Shown one piece after another: positions 1 through 9,441 of a stretch of DNA of 64,000 nt. Every line of letters starts with the position of its first letter. The stretch's first letter is position 1. The translations under genes were made by a program, and so were the position numbers. Origin of the DNA: an uncultured Candidatus Actinomarina sp. (lineage in GTDB: Bacteria; Actinomycetota; Acidimicrobiia; Actinomarinales; Actinomarinaceae); assembly GCA_902613615.1 (NCBI GenBank), contig CACMHQ010000001.1:204567-268566 (forward strand), in the 5' to 3' direction. Below the pieces are notes generated by a model. That model had not been told where the DNA came from, did not search any database, and saw only the letters and a program-made list of their open reading frames with translations.

Positions 1-908
1 AGAATAGCAACACAGAAGTTATCGGTCATAAAAATATTGTTAATAGGTTTGATCGCTATAAAAAAACTATTGGATATAACGGTATTATTAACCAAAGACA
101 GTTCGGATTACCTTCTCCGGTTTTTCCTAATGAATTTACTTATCCTGATACAACATACGATGATAGTTATGAACTTGAATTTAACAATTCCGTACTAAAG
201 TTGTTTCACGGTAAAGGTGAAACTGATGACGCAACCTATATTTATTCAGAAAAAGACAATGCTCTATTCACAGGTGATTTTTTTATATGGTCCTTACCTA
301 ATGCTGGAAATCCATCCAAATCTCAAAGATATGTGGGTTCGTGGGGAGAAGTGCTTAAAAAAATGTCTGAATTAAATCCGGAATATCTTTTTCCTGGTCA
401 CGGTCCATTGATCAAAGGAAAAAAAGAAATTACTAAAGTACTTCTTGATACAAGTAATTGTATGTTGTGGATTGAGGACAATGTTTTATCTTTGATGAAT
501 AGTGGACATTCTCTTCGAGAAATTCATTCAAAATTATCACTTCCTCCTGAATTTCAACAGCCATATTTAGTTTCTGTATATGATGACTTCAAATTTCTAA
601 TTAATTCTGTATGGAGACAATATGGAGGTTGGTACTCAGGAACTCCATCGGAATTAAAACCTCCTGCTCTTGATGAAATAGGAAAAACCTATATTGACAT
701 GGCCGGAGGAGAAGATAATTTACTTGAATTCTTAAACTCATTAGTTTCTTCAGAAAAATATAGAGAAGCGTCTGTTATTGTTGACGCCGTCTACACAGTA
801 AACAAAGAGTTATTTAGTGAGATTAAAAATGAGATTTATCTTAAATTATCTGAACAAGAAACTTCACTAATGGCAAAAGGTATTTACAAATTTGATCTTG
901 ATTCATGA
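1..908 (+). CDS. alkyl/aryl-sulfatase-like metallo-beta-lactamase-fold hydrolase (5' end cut by window edge)
   Basis: Frame stays open from nt 3 to the ORF listed at 201. HGKGETDDA..FTGDFF..LPNAGNP..PGHGP resembles the MBL core of SdsA1/Bds1-type alkylsulfatases. TGA stop at 906-908. Confidence 0.6.
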   Translation, partial: NSNTEVIGHKNIVNRFDRYKKTIGYNGIINQRQFGLPSPVFPNEFTYPDTTYDDSYELEFNNSVLKLFHGKGETDDATYIYSEKDNALFTGDFFIWSLPNAGNPSKSQRYVGSWGEVLKKMSELNPEYLFPGHGPLIKGKKEITKVLLDTSNCMLWIEDNVLSLMNSGHSLREIHSKLSLPPEFQQPYLVSVYDDFKFLINSVWRQYGGWYSGTPSELKPPALDEIGKTYIDMAGGEDNLLEFLNSLVSSEKYREASVIVDAVYTVNKELFSEIKNEIYLKLSEQETSLMAKGIYKFDLDS

Positions 909-1424
909 TTAAAGGTTATGAATTACGCTGGTAACAACACCCCAGATTTGTGCTTCCCTTTTTCCATTCAACTCTATAGGCTCATAGTCTTCATTCTCAG
1001 GTTGCAAGACAACTGATGATCTTTTTTTAATATATCTTTTTACTGTTAGCTCACCATCAATTATTGCTATTACCACATTCCCATTTTCGGCTTTGATGCT
1101 TTTATCGACTACCAAAATATCATTTGGGAATATTCCAGCGTTTATCATTGAATTTCCTGATGCCCTTACCAAAAATGTTGATGCAGGATGTTTTACTAGA
1201 TATTGGTTGAGGTCAATCTTGTCTTCTAAGTAGTCATCTGCAGGGGATGGGAAGCCTGCTGCAACTCGGTCTCCGTATAGAGGAATTTCGTAAAGGCCTT
1301 TACTTACTATTTCTGAAATGTACTTAACTTTACTTTCGGGTACACGAATCGCTTTAGTTGCTTCGCCATACTTGCCCTGACCTCTAGGCCTTCCTGCTCC
1401 TTTTCTTGCTCCACCTTTTGGCAT
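909..1424 (-). CDS. umuD: UmuD-like S24 self-cleaving peptidase (translesion polymerase V accessory subunit)
   Basis: Colinear with E. coli UmuD as I recall it: VAAGFPSPADDY..IDLNQYLVKHPASTF..ASGNSM..GELTVKR. Shows the Ala-Gly cleavage site and the Ser/Lys dyad. Has an extra Arg/Gly-rich N-terminus of about 30 aa. Confidence 0.85.
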   Translation of the reverse strand: MPKGGARKGAGRPRGQGKYGEATKAIRVPESKVKYISEIVSKGLYEIPLYGDRVAAGFPSPADDYLEDKIDLNQYLVKHPASTFLVRASGNSMINAGIFPNDILVVDKSIKAENGNVVIAIIDGELTVKRYIKKRSSVVLQPENEDYEPIELNGKREAQIWGVVTSVIHNL

Positions 1425-1447
1425 AAAAATGTCTTTCTTTTATCTTA

Positions 1448-1465
1448 GAATAGTGTACAGTATTC
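1448..1465. promoter_or_regulatory. 18-bp near-perfect palindrome GAATAGTGTACAGTATTC in the umuD/umuC divergent promoter region (candidate operator)
   Basis: 16 of 18 positions are self-complementary (GAATA-N-TGTACA-N-TATTC). It sits in the middle of the 58-bp divergent spacer. It does not fit the GAAC-N4-GTTC boxes seen at recA and lexA. Confidence 0.35.
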
Positions 1466-1482
1466 AAAGAAATAAATAAAGA

Positions 1483-2748
1483 ATGAAAAATAAAATTTTT
1501 GCTTTAGTCGACTGTAATAATTTTTATGCATCTTGTGAGAGGGTGTTTAATCCAAAACTGGAAGGAAAACCTATCGTTGTTCTCTCAAACAACGATGGAT
1601 GCATTGTTGCAAGGTCAAATGAGGCAAAAGCATTAGGCATTCCAATGGGCGCTCCACTATTTAAATATGAACAATTGATAAAGAGAAACAATGTCCATGT
1701 ATTTTCATCGAACTATACATTTTATGGAGACATGTCAGCAAGAGTAATGACATCTTTACGATCAATAGTTGGAGACATCGAAATCTATTCAATTGATGAA
1801 GCTTTTTTAGATATTAGCAAGTTTTATTATTGCGACTTAACGGAGACAGCGAATGAAATACGGAGACTAATAAAGCAGTGGACAGGGATACCAATCTCGA
1901 TTGGTATTGGACCCTCAAAAACTCTGGCAAAAGCTGCAAACAGACAAGCAAAAAAATATGAGGAATCAAATGTCTTTGATATACGTGAAGAGTCAGAGAG
2001 AGTAAGAGTTCTAAAAGACCTCGAACTAGAAGATATATGGGGTATCTCAACAAGATGGGGTAGAAGACTAAGAAAAATTGGTATCAATTCAGCATATGAA
2101 CTCTCAACAGGAGATCCAAGACAGATACGAAAGACTTTGAGCATTGTAGGAGAGAGAATCTATCATGAGCTAAATGGCATATCATGTATGCAAATTGAAG
2201 AAGTTAAAAATAAGAAAAACATAATTTCTTCAAAGTCGTTTGGGAAAAAAGTAACAAAAGTATATGAACTTGAAGAAGCTGTTTCAACATACGTTGCAAG
2301 AGCTTGTGAAAAGTTACGAGCTCAGAATTCAAGAGCTGGAGGTATTCACGTATTTTTAAGAACAAGTCCATTTATAGAAGATGAAAGAAAATATAGCAAT
2401 GGAATGAGCTCTTTCTTTACAATTCCAACTAGTAATACTTCAAAAATAATCAAAGAAGCGAAAAGATTAACAAATAAACTCTTTTTGCCAAATTATGAGT
2501 ATCAGAAAATAGGCGTAATACTCTTGGATATATCTGATGCCAAATATGAACAGTTTAGCTTCTATGAGCATGAGAATTATGAGAGATCCGATATTCTTAT
2601 GGATTCACTAGACCAGTTAAATGATAGATTTGGAAATGGAACTCTATTTATGGGAGCACAGGGAATTCAAAAAAACTGGAAAATGCGAGCTGATAGAAAA
2701 TCAGCTGCTTACACAACCAAATTGATAGACATTCCTAAAGTTGATTAA
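1483..2748 (+). CDS. umuC: Y-family DNA polymerase, UmuC-like (Pol V catalytic subunit)
   Basis: N-terminus [44 protein letters not shown] is typical of UmuC. The 421-aa length also fits, and it lies divergent from umuD. Confidence 0.9.
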   Translation: MKNKIFALVDCNNFYASCERVFNPKLEGKPIVVLSNNDGCIVARSNEAKALGIPMGAPLFKYEQLIKRNNVHVFSSNYTFYGDMSARVMTSLRSIVGDIEIYSIDEAFLDISKFYYCDLTETANEIRRLIKQWTGIPISIGIGPSKTLAKAANRQAKKYEESNVFDIREESERVRVLKDLELEDIWGISTRWGRRLRKIGINSAYELSTGDPRQIRKTLSIVGERIYHELNGISCMQIEEVKNKKNIISSKSFGKKVTKVYELEEAVSTYVARACEKLRAQNSRAGGIHVFLRTSPFIEDERKYSNGMSSFFTIPTSNTSKIIKEAKRLTNKLFLPNYEYQKIGVILLDISDAKYEQFSFYEHENYERSDILMDSLDQLNDRFGNGTLFMGAQGIQKNWKMRADRKSAAYTTKLIDIPKVD

Positions 2749-3974
2749 CTTTCGATTGTTTTCCAGAAAGATCTTGTTCTAATAAACCAAAAAAGTCCAA
2801 CGGAAAATCCTAAAGTTGGAAATATTTTAAATAAAGTTAAGACGTCATACTGAGTAGCCAAGTATCCAATAATAAGATTTGAGTTTGTAAACATTAAAAA
2901 ATAAAAAGAGTAATCCAAACCTGCAATTCGTCCTCGAATATTATCAGGGGTCAAAATTTGTATACCGTAAGATGAAAAAGCCCATTGTGCACCTCCACCA
3001 CAGTGACCTAGGACAAGAAGAAGAGTTGTTATATATAAGCTAGGTGAGAAGGTTATTAGAAAGTAGAAAATACCCCAGATCATTATGCAGGGACCAATAG
3101 TTGAAAGAAGTTTCTGATCTGTTTTTCCAAAAAAGTACCTAAACATTACTGGCCCTATAAATGCACCAACGCCACGAGCACTCCACATTAAACCTGCTCC
3201 AAAATCACCAGTGTTGTATATGTCTAATGAAAGTATTGTAAACAATGAAAGTAAGCCAGCAGCTGAGATACCAAACATTCCCTTTGTTACAGTTAAATAG
3301 AATATTTTTTTATCTGATAAAACAAAATTCAGTCCATCTCGAAATTTAACTCTATTGGTATTGTCAACATTTCCTGAATTTTCATTTAAGTTTGTTTTAA
3401 TTAGAAATACAAGGAATGCTGAGAACATAAAAGACAGAAAGTTTATTGTGAACAATTGATTTCTTGATAAAAATTCAGATAAAAATCCACCAAGTCCAGC
3501 TCCAAGTCCAGCAGCAATTCCCCAAGTTGAAAAATTTAGTACATTTGCTTCAGGTAAATTTTCTCTTAATACTACATTTGGCAAGGCAGCGTCTGAAGCA
3601 GGCATATAAGCACAATTTACAACGCCTAAAAGGGAAAAAGAAATAAGGATAAATAAAACATTTTCCGTAGATACAGAATACATAATCAATAAGACAGCAC
3701 ATCCGGATAGAAATTCCGAAACAGCAATTACAACTTTTCTGTCGAATTTATCAGCAAGATATCCTCCAAAACTACCAAGTATGACATAGGGAGCACTTTG
3801 TACTACAAGAACAATTGAAGTTATCAGCGGACTATTGGTTAGTTCATAAATAATGCTTAAAAGTGGAACTGTTAAAAACCAGTCACCCATATAAGTTATA
3901 AACTTCGCATAAAAAAGTTTTTGAAAATCTTTATTTTTAGTTAATAAAAAAGTGTATTTCTCAAAGTTATCCAT
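2745..3974 (-). CDS. MFS transporter (EntS/macrolide-efflux-like)
   Basis: About 12 predicted hydrophobic helices. Loop motif [14 protein letters not shown] is typical of MFS loop 2-3. Confidence 0.75.
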   Translation of the reverse strand: MDNFEKYTFLLTKNKDFQKLFYAKFITYMGDWFLTVPLLSIIYELTNSPLITSIVLVVQSAPYVILGSFGGYLADKFDRKVVIAVSEFLSGCAVLLIMYSVSTENVLFILISFSLLGVVNCAYMPASDAALPNVVLRENLPEANVLNFSTWGIAAGLGAGLGGFLSEFLSRNQLFTINFLSFMFSAFLVFLIKTNLNENSGNVDNTNRVKFRDGLNFVLSDKKIFYLTVTKGMFGISAAGLLSLFTILSLDIYNTGDFGAGLMWSARGVGAFIGPVMFRYFFGKTDQKLLSTIGPCIMIWGIFYFLITFSPSLYITTLLLVLGHCGGGAQWAFSSYGIQILTPDNIRGRIAGLDYSFYFLMFTNSNLIIGYLATQYDVLTLFKIFPTLGFSVGLFWFIRTRSFWKTIES

Positions 3975-4004
3975 GACTCATTTACTGTAACTGCTCACTG
4001 ATTT

Positions 4005-4757
4005 ATGAGTGTTATAATTAATTTTATGAAAACTGTACTTATCACAGGAGGGACCAGGGGTATTGGTCTTGCAATCGCTGAAAAATATTTAAGTGATGGA
4101 GAGTCTAATGTAGTTGTTACAGGAAGAAAACCTGACACCTTAGAAGAACTTCAAAATTCTGTAAATAACGATAATTTTCATACAATTATGGCAAAAGCTG
4201 ATGACGAAGAAGCCGCTGATCGTACTTGTAAAGAAATAAATGAAAAATTTGGATCTCTTGATATTTTGATCAACAATGCAGGAACAAATCCTGCTGGTGG
4301 AAACTTAATGGATGTTGATATGGGAGCTCTTGAAAAAACATGGGCAGTAAATCAAAAAGGTCCTTTACTTTGGGCAAGAGCAGCATACAAAAATGAATTA
4401 AGCACAGCTATTATGAACATCTGTTCTGTAGCAGGATATTTTCCGTCTGATCTAATGGGGGCATATAATATTTCTAAAGCTGCTCTAATTTACATGACAA
4501 AGCAGCTTGCTTATGAATTAGCACCTGATATCAGAGTAAATGGTGTTGCTCCGGCAATTGTTAGAACAAGGCTCTCACAACTTTTATGGGAAAATGAAGA
4601 ATATTCAAAAAATCTTCATTTGCTTCAAAAACTTGGAGAACCAGAAGATATTGCAGAAGCGGTATATTTCTTGTGCTCAGAAGAAGCTGGCTGGATAACT
4701 GGGGAAATACTAACTGTTGATGGTGGGTTTAGTATTAACGGAAATTCTTTATCCTAG
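4005..4757 (+). CDS. SDR-family oxidoreductase (FabG-like)
   Basis: TGGTRGIG Rossmann motif, NNAG, and YxxxK (YNISK). The alternative ATG at 4026 (MKTVLITGG) may be the true start. Confidence 0.85.
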   Translation: MSVIINFMKTVLITGGTRGIGLAIAEKYLSDGESNVVVTGRKPDTLEELQNSVNNDNFHTIMAKADDEEAADRTCKEINEKFGSLDILINNAGTNPAGGNLMDVDMGALEKTWAVNQKGPLLWARAAYKNELSTAIMNICSVAGYFPSDLMGAYNISKAALIYMTKQLAYELAPDIRVNGVAPAIVRTRLSQLLWENEEYSKNLHLLQKLGEPEDIAEAVYFLCSEEAGWITGEILTVDGGFSINGNSLS

Positions 4758-5197
4758 TCATTCCAAACATTCAAACATAATTCTTCATCAAAGTATCTAT
4801 TTATATAACTTTTTCCTATAAATGTAGGTTGCTTTATGATGGCCTCTATCAGCCAAATTTTTGTACCATTAACTAAATGTCCTCCAAATGCCTTTCCATC
4901 TTTATCAGATACAGATATATGGATATGGACCAATGGTTTATTTTCAAATAATGTGATGTTTCCAAGACCACTCAGTACCTCAAAACCACCATCAAAAAAG
5001 TGATCTTCGTATTCTTTAGTTTCTTGGTTAAAGTAAACAACATTTAAATTTTGAACAGCACCTATAAACGAAATTTCAGCAGTCTTTATTTTATTGTTGA
5101 TTGCATATTCAGTTAATGATTCGAGTAAATAGGTATCCTTATCAAATTTTACATAGTGAACTTTTTGTCTATTTACTTTATATTTACGGGTGTACAT
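4754..5197 (-). CDS. PPC (DUF296) domain protein
   Basis: FEVLSGLGNI..HIHISVSD.DGKAFGGHL pattern is typical of the PPC/DUF296 fold. Confidence 0.6.
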   Translation of the reverse strand: MYTRKYKVNRQKVHYVKFDKDTYLLESLTEYAINNKIKTAEISFIGAVQNLNVVYFNQETKEYEDHFFDGGFEVLSGLGNITLFENKPLVHIHISVSDKDGKAFGGHLVNGTKIWLIEAIIKQPTFIGKSYINRYFDEELCLNVWND

Positions 5198-5211
5198 TTA
5201 TTACAGCTTAA

Positions 5212-6150
5212 CTAACCTATAAAATATTTTGCAAGCTCGTGATAGACGGGTATGCCAATGATTATGTTAAAAGGAAAAGTCACACCTAAGCTCAAACCAA
5301 GATAAATTGCTGGATTTGCATCTGGAATTGCATCTTTAACTACTGCTGGAACAGCAATATAGCTTGCACTGGCCGTCAAAACCATAAGTAATGTTGCATT
5401 TCCAATTGAAAGTGCAAAATAGTTTGATGCAAATAATGCTAAGAGAGATCCTATAAGGGGAGTGATCAATGCAAAAAGTATTAAAGTTTTACCTTTACCC
5501 TTTAGCTCTTTAAGTCTTTTAGCTACACGAGTGCCCATCACAAATAAAAATAAATATAAAACATATTCAAACAGAGTATCAGTGAAGAATTCAACATTAT
5601 CTGAAATTGTGCCTTCGATACTAAAGCCAATTATCAGTGAGGATATTAACAATACATTTGGCACTTCTAAAAATGCTGTTTTTATTATTTCAAAATTATT
5701 TTGGTCAACGTTACGTTTTCTTGTAATAAGAAATAGTGCCATAAAAATTGCAGGGAATTCCATTACAACGAGAACAGCTGACATATAGTCATCAAATGCT
5801 TGAGAGTTTGTCGATAAATAGGATATTGCAGTAACAAAAGTGATTGCACTTACAGAACCGTATGTGCCAGAAAGAGCAGCTGCATCATCAATATTTAAAT
5901 TATTTCTTAAATATAAATAAGAAAGTATAGGAATAAGCAATGCAAAAAATATTCCAAGGGATATAGCGTTAACAACTTCGCTAGTGAATCCGTTTTGTTG
6001 CAAACTGATACCACCTTTTAGACCCAATGAAAGAAGCAAGTAATATCCTAAATATTTTGATAGAGCTGGTGGCAGTGTATCGTTAAATATTCGTCCAATG
6101 ATGATCCCAGAAATAAATAAAATAATTGCTGGATTAAGTATGGCTTCCAT
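5212..6150 (-). CDS. SbtA-family (PF05982-like) sodium-dependent bicarbonate/anion permease
   Basis: YLLLSLGLKGGISL, GTYGSVSAITF and the C-terminal ASASYIAVPA..IPDANPAIYLG..GIP resemble cyanobacterial SbtA segments as I recall them. Confidence 0.65.
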   Translation of the reverse strand: MEAILNPAIILFISGIIIGRIFNDTLPPALSKYLGYYLLLSLGLKGGISLQQNGFTSEVVNAISLGIFFALLIPILSYLYLRNNLNIDDAAALSGTYGSVSAITFVTAISYLSTNSQAFDDYMSAVLVVMEFPAIFMALFLITRKRNVDQNNFEIIKTAFLEVPNVLLISSLIIGFSIEGTISDNVEFFTDTLFEYVLYLFLFVMGTRVAKRLKELKGKGKTLILFALITPLIGSLLALFASNYFALSIGNATLLMVLTASASYIAVPAVVKDAIPDANPAIYLGLSLGVTFPFNIIIGIPVYHELAKYFIG

Positions 6151-6202
6151 TCAAATAGAAATGATAGTAAGCAAATCAATATTTAAGAGTTTTATTAAAA
6201 AT

Positions 6203-6967
6203 TTATTTTAATTGATCAATAACTTCTTTTGCCGTATCAATATCAACTGGATTTTCAACATTTCCATCTTTTTTAAAACTTGTTCCAATAATCAAAATAT
6301 CTGCAATATTTTCATATTGATTAATGTTTGTATGATCAACTCCTGATCCAATTGCTAATTTTCCAACAGGAACTATCTCTCTAACCTTTGTAAGGTCATC
6401 CATATTTATTTGATGACCAGTTCCATCACCCGTTACAATAACAACATCTGCACCAGCTCTGTTTATTAATTCTTCTGCATGATTTTCTATTTTCGAACCC
6501 TCTGGTGGTACTGCATGTTTAACAAACACATCAGCATATATTTCAATATCATTATTTAGATTTTTTTTAAAATCAGAAATTTCATGTGCTTCACCTTCAA
6601 TTATTCCCTGGTCGGTAAACATCATTACATTATTTAAAACATTAATCCTTACAAAATCTGAATTCGTAGCTTCTGCAATTGATAGAGCTGCTATTCCATC
6701 ATTTCTTAAAACATTTATACCAACTTTTAAATCTGAATTTATTTCTAACTTTTGTACAACAGAAGTAAAACTAGCAAGAGTTCTTTTTGAAATATCATTT
6801 TTAACAAAAGGTACATCGCCAAAATTTTCGATAATAATTCCATCAACCCCAGCAGTATATAAATTTTCTACATCTTTTTGGGCAAGTTTGGTGATCACAT
6901 CTAATCCTAAGGAATTTGACGGTGAACCCGGCAAAGCTTTTAAATGAACTACGCCATGGATGATCAT
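6203..6967 (-). CDS. BtpA/SgcQ-family TIM-barrel protein
   Basis: N-terminal GVVHLKALPGSP and DGIIIENFGDVPF are typical BtpA-family motifs. Confidence 0.65.
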   Translation of the reverse strand: MIIHGVVHLKALPGSPSNSLGLDVITKLAQKDVENLYTAGVDGIIIENFGDVPFVKNDISKRTLASFTSVVQKLEINSDLKVGINVLRNDGIAALSIAEATNSDFVRINVLNNVMMFTDQGIIEGEAHEISDFKKNLNNDIEIYADVFVKHAVPPEGSKIENHAEELINRAGADVVIVTGDGTGHQINMDDLTKVREIVPVGKLAIGSGVDHTNINQYENIADILIIGTSFKKDGNVENPVDIDTAKEVIDQLK

Positions 6968-6970
6968 AAA

Positions 6971-7708
6971 TTAAATTTTTGCGTGCTGTAGTTTTAGATA
7001 TTTTTTTGCAAAATCACCCTCAACTGAAAGAGTTGGTTTGAATCCCTTATTTGTCCTACCAGTTACAATCCTACACCAGTCACTTGCATTTCCTTTAATA
7101 CTATTTTCTGACTTCTCATTTCCAAATTGCCATGCTCTGTATTCAGGACCAATTAATTCAATTCTCAAATCTTTAAACTTGACTTTGTTCTGTTTACTTG
7201 TGTTTTCGGCATTTAGCCATCCAAATAATGCAACATGTTCAATTCTTACTGTATCTTCATAATCTTTTTTCATACTGTCGTAAATGTCTAAGCCATGAGC
7301 CCAAGTTTCAGCTAATTTTGTAGATGAAAATGTGAGATAATCAATTTCGTTATTCCACCATTTTATTTTTTTCCCAGGAGATCCTTTAGCTAAAATTTCT
7401 ACAACCTTTGCTCTTGAGAGTCTCCACCACTCAATAACATCTTGTGGTCTCATCTCATTTCCTTTTTTTATACATTCTTTTTCAAATTTTTCTAACCCTT
7501 TTGGCCCCCTGTATTTATTGAAATCGGTACCTTTTTTTTTCATTGCATTAAGCGCTAGATCTTCCAGTCCTGCTAAATAACTTACATGATTTGTGATGTT
7601 CCAATTCTTAAAGGTTGTTTTGGTATCCCAATTTCTTACAGGAATACTTTGTAAGTATTGATCTAGAAGTTGCTGTTCAGCTACAAGACTGCTTAATAAA
7701 TCTTTCAC
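6971..7708 (-). CDS. DinB-like / mycothiol-dependent maleylpyruvate-isomerase-N-terminal family protein
   Basis: The N-terminal helix-bundle pattern (LVAEQQLLDQYL..W...T....W.I..HV.YLA) resembles the actinobacterial TIGR03083/03084 type. The assignment rests on resemblance only. Confidence 0.45.
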   Translation of the reverse strand: MKDLLSSLVAEQQLLDQYLQSIPVRNWDTKTTFKNWNITNHVSYLAGLEDLALNAMKKKGTDFNKYRGPKGLEKFEKECIKKGNEMRPQDVIEWWRLSRAKVVEILAKGSPGKKIKWWNNEIDYLTFSSTKLAETWAHGLDIYDSMKKDYEDTVRIEHVALFGWLNAENTSKQNKVKFKDLRIELIGPEYRAWQFGNEKSENSIKGNASDWCRIVTGRTNKGFKPTLSVEGDFAKKYLKLQHAKI

Positions 7709-7799
7709 AATTTAATTTTAATTGTGAAACTCTCTTACTCCAATAGGAACATCAAATAAAATACTTTATTTATGATTTAAATCTACGTATTATCTATAT

Positions 7800-8009
7800 A
7801 TGAAGAAAATCATAAAATTAGCAATATCAACAATTTTAATAAAAGTATTTTATGACGTTTTTAATGAAAACAAGTTTGTTAAAGAACAGATTGATAAATT
7901 AAAAGAAGAAGTTACAAATTTAGAAATGTCTGATATTGATCAGAAAATTAAAGATTTTCAAAATAAAATCGACGGTTTTAAAAATAAAAATCAAGACTCT
8001 CCGGAGTAA
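7800..8009 (+). CDS. small hypothetical protein (N-terminal hydrophobic helix plus coiled-coil)
   Basis: ORF only; no recognisable family. Confidence 0.3.
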   Translation: MKKIIKLAISTILIKVFYDVFNENKFVKEQIDKLKEEVTNLEMSDIDQKIKDFQNKIDGFKNKNQDSPE

Positions 8010-8093
8010 AATATCTGGAAATTACTAGGTAAAACATTCTCATATTGGCCAACTTGGCTCGTCAAGTTCATAACAACTGCCCATTCAAATATT

Positions 8094-8462
8094 ATGAAAT
8101 TCAATCATACTTTTATTGGCAGAAAGCTAATAGGGGAGAATATTTTACTCCTAGAAACTGTTGGACGTAAATCAAATAAATTAAGAAAAACACCTTTGAC
8201 TTATGTTGTAATTGATGAAGGATATCTTGTTGCAGCCTCATATGGAGGGAGAGACAAAACTCCTGATTGGTTTTTCAACATAAATACAGACAAAGTAAAA
8301 ATACTCGTTAATAAAGAATACAAAGATGCAAAGCCTTTAATTGTTGATGAACTTGAAAAGGAAGAGTATTGGAAACTATTAACTGATTTCTATCCTACTT
8401 TTAATCTTTACAGGTCAAAAACAGAGAGAGATATTCCTTTAGTAAAACTTGTTACAAACTAG
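8094..8462 (+). CDS. deazaflavin (F420H2)-dependent nitroreductase-family protein (DDN/PF04075-like)
   Basis: LLLETVGRKSNKLRKTPL..VAASYGG..K.PDWFFNI matches the DDN-family signature. Confidence 0.65.
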   Translation: MKFNHTFIGRKLIGENILLLETVGRKSNKLRKTPLTYVVIDEGYLVAASYGGRDKTPDWFFNINTDKVKILVNKEYKDAKPLIVDELEKEEYWKLLTDFYPTFNLYRSKTERDIPLVKLVTN

Positions 8463-9441
8463 GTTTTATATTTGGACCGTTTCTTACCACGGTATTCCAT
8501 AGTGTTGAATAATGATCAAGGTCTTCAGGATTTACATGAGGAAGAACCATATTTTTCCATGTTTCATGCAAAGGATCTGAAGCATTTTTGTACAAATCTA
8601 ATCCAACGGGAATTCTTTCTACAACTGTTCTAAGACTCATTGGTGTTTCAATATTGATGCTTATGTCATCAGATAAAAATGAGTTATTAATTTCAATAGC
8701 CAATTTGATTATTAGATCTGTGAATTCATTTTGTAATTTTGGATATCGTTTTTTAAATATTGATTCAAGCTGTTCTTTGTTAGGAAAAGGTTTATCCCAA
8801 ATAACCCATCGATCAGCAAATGCTTTGTTTAGAGTTTGTGTTCCTGCATAATCCCTTAAGCTCGTTGGATTCATTGTTCCAAAAATATATGAATCATTTC
8901 TTAATTCAATTACTTCTCCATTAGGAAGCTCTAGTTTTTTGTGTCTATCTAATAGTGAATGTAAAGCAAATAAAACTTCTGGTCCAGCTGCATTTAATTC
9001 TGATAGATTAATAATGGAAGGTCCTCTTAGTGCTCTGGTTAATTCGCCATCCTGCCATTTGGAATCTGTTCCACCAACTCCATCTCCATATAATTGAACT
9101 GAACCAAGTAAAGTCACGTCTCTAACTTCACCTGATAAAGGAATCCGATAGTATGGATAATTTAATTTTGCAGCTAATTGCTCTATATCGTGATCCTTAC
9201 CTGTTCCCATATGTCCTTTAAGTGCAATATGAATCGGGATTTCATTTTTAAACGTATCTTCTTTGCTCTTAATAATTTGAGCTAATTTATATTGAATTCC
9301 AAAGTCTACATAATTTTTATCTAACTCAGGTATCCGTTCGGCTCTAGATTCATAATCAGGAATTGATTTTGATAGCTTACATTCATTTAGCTTTATATCG
9401 CCCTTACCAGTTGGGTTTTTAAATATTTGTTCAGCCATCAA
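8452..9441 (-). CDS. CobS-like AAA+ (MoxR/dynein-related AAA_5) ATPase
   Basis: Walker A in GHMGTGKDHDIEQLAAKLNYPYYRIPL parallels CobS GYHGTGKSTHIEQVAARLNWP. The 329-aa size is as in CobS. Overlaps the upstream VWA gene by 4 bp. Confidence 0.75.
   Translation of the reverse strand: MMAEQIFKNPTGKGDIKLNECKLSKSIPDYESRAERIPELDKNYVDFGIQYKLAQIIKSKEDTFKNEIPIHIALKGHMGTGKDHDIEQLAAKLNYPYYRIPLSGEVRDVTLLGSVQLYGDGVGGTDSKWQDGELTRALRGPSIINLSELNAAGPEVLFALHSLLDRHKKLELPNGEVIELRNDSYIFGTMNPTSLRDYAGTQTLNKAFADRWVIWDKPFPNKEQLESIFKKRYPKLQNEFTDLIIKLAIEINNSFLSDDISINIETPMSLRTVVERIPVGLDLYKNASDPLHETWKNMVLPHVNPEDLDHYSTLWNTVVRNGPNIKPSL

Noticed and set aside
1814-2144. Antisense and shadow ORFs inside longer genes. Examples: 1814..2053, 1827..2144, 3464..3646, 5462..5788, 7038..7262, 8588..8851, 10031..10288, 10585..10872, 11620..11847, 12741..13028, 15931..16248, 18777..19047, 21842..22060, 34661..35566, 42642..42893, 57529..57762, 58617..58909 and others.
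   Set aside because: All are embedded in or opposite well-supported genes. They have low-complexity or biased composition and no motifs. Such ORFs are typical of AT-rich DNA.
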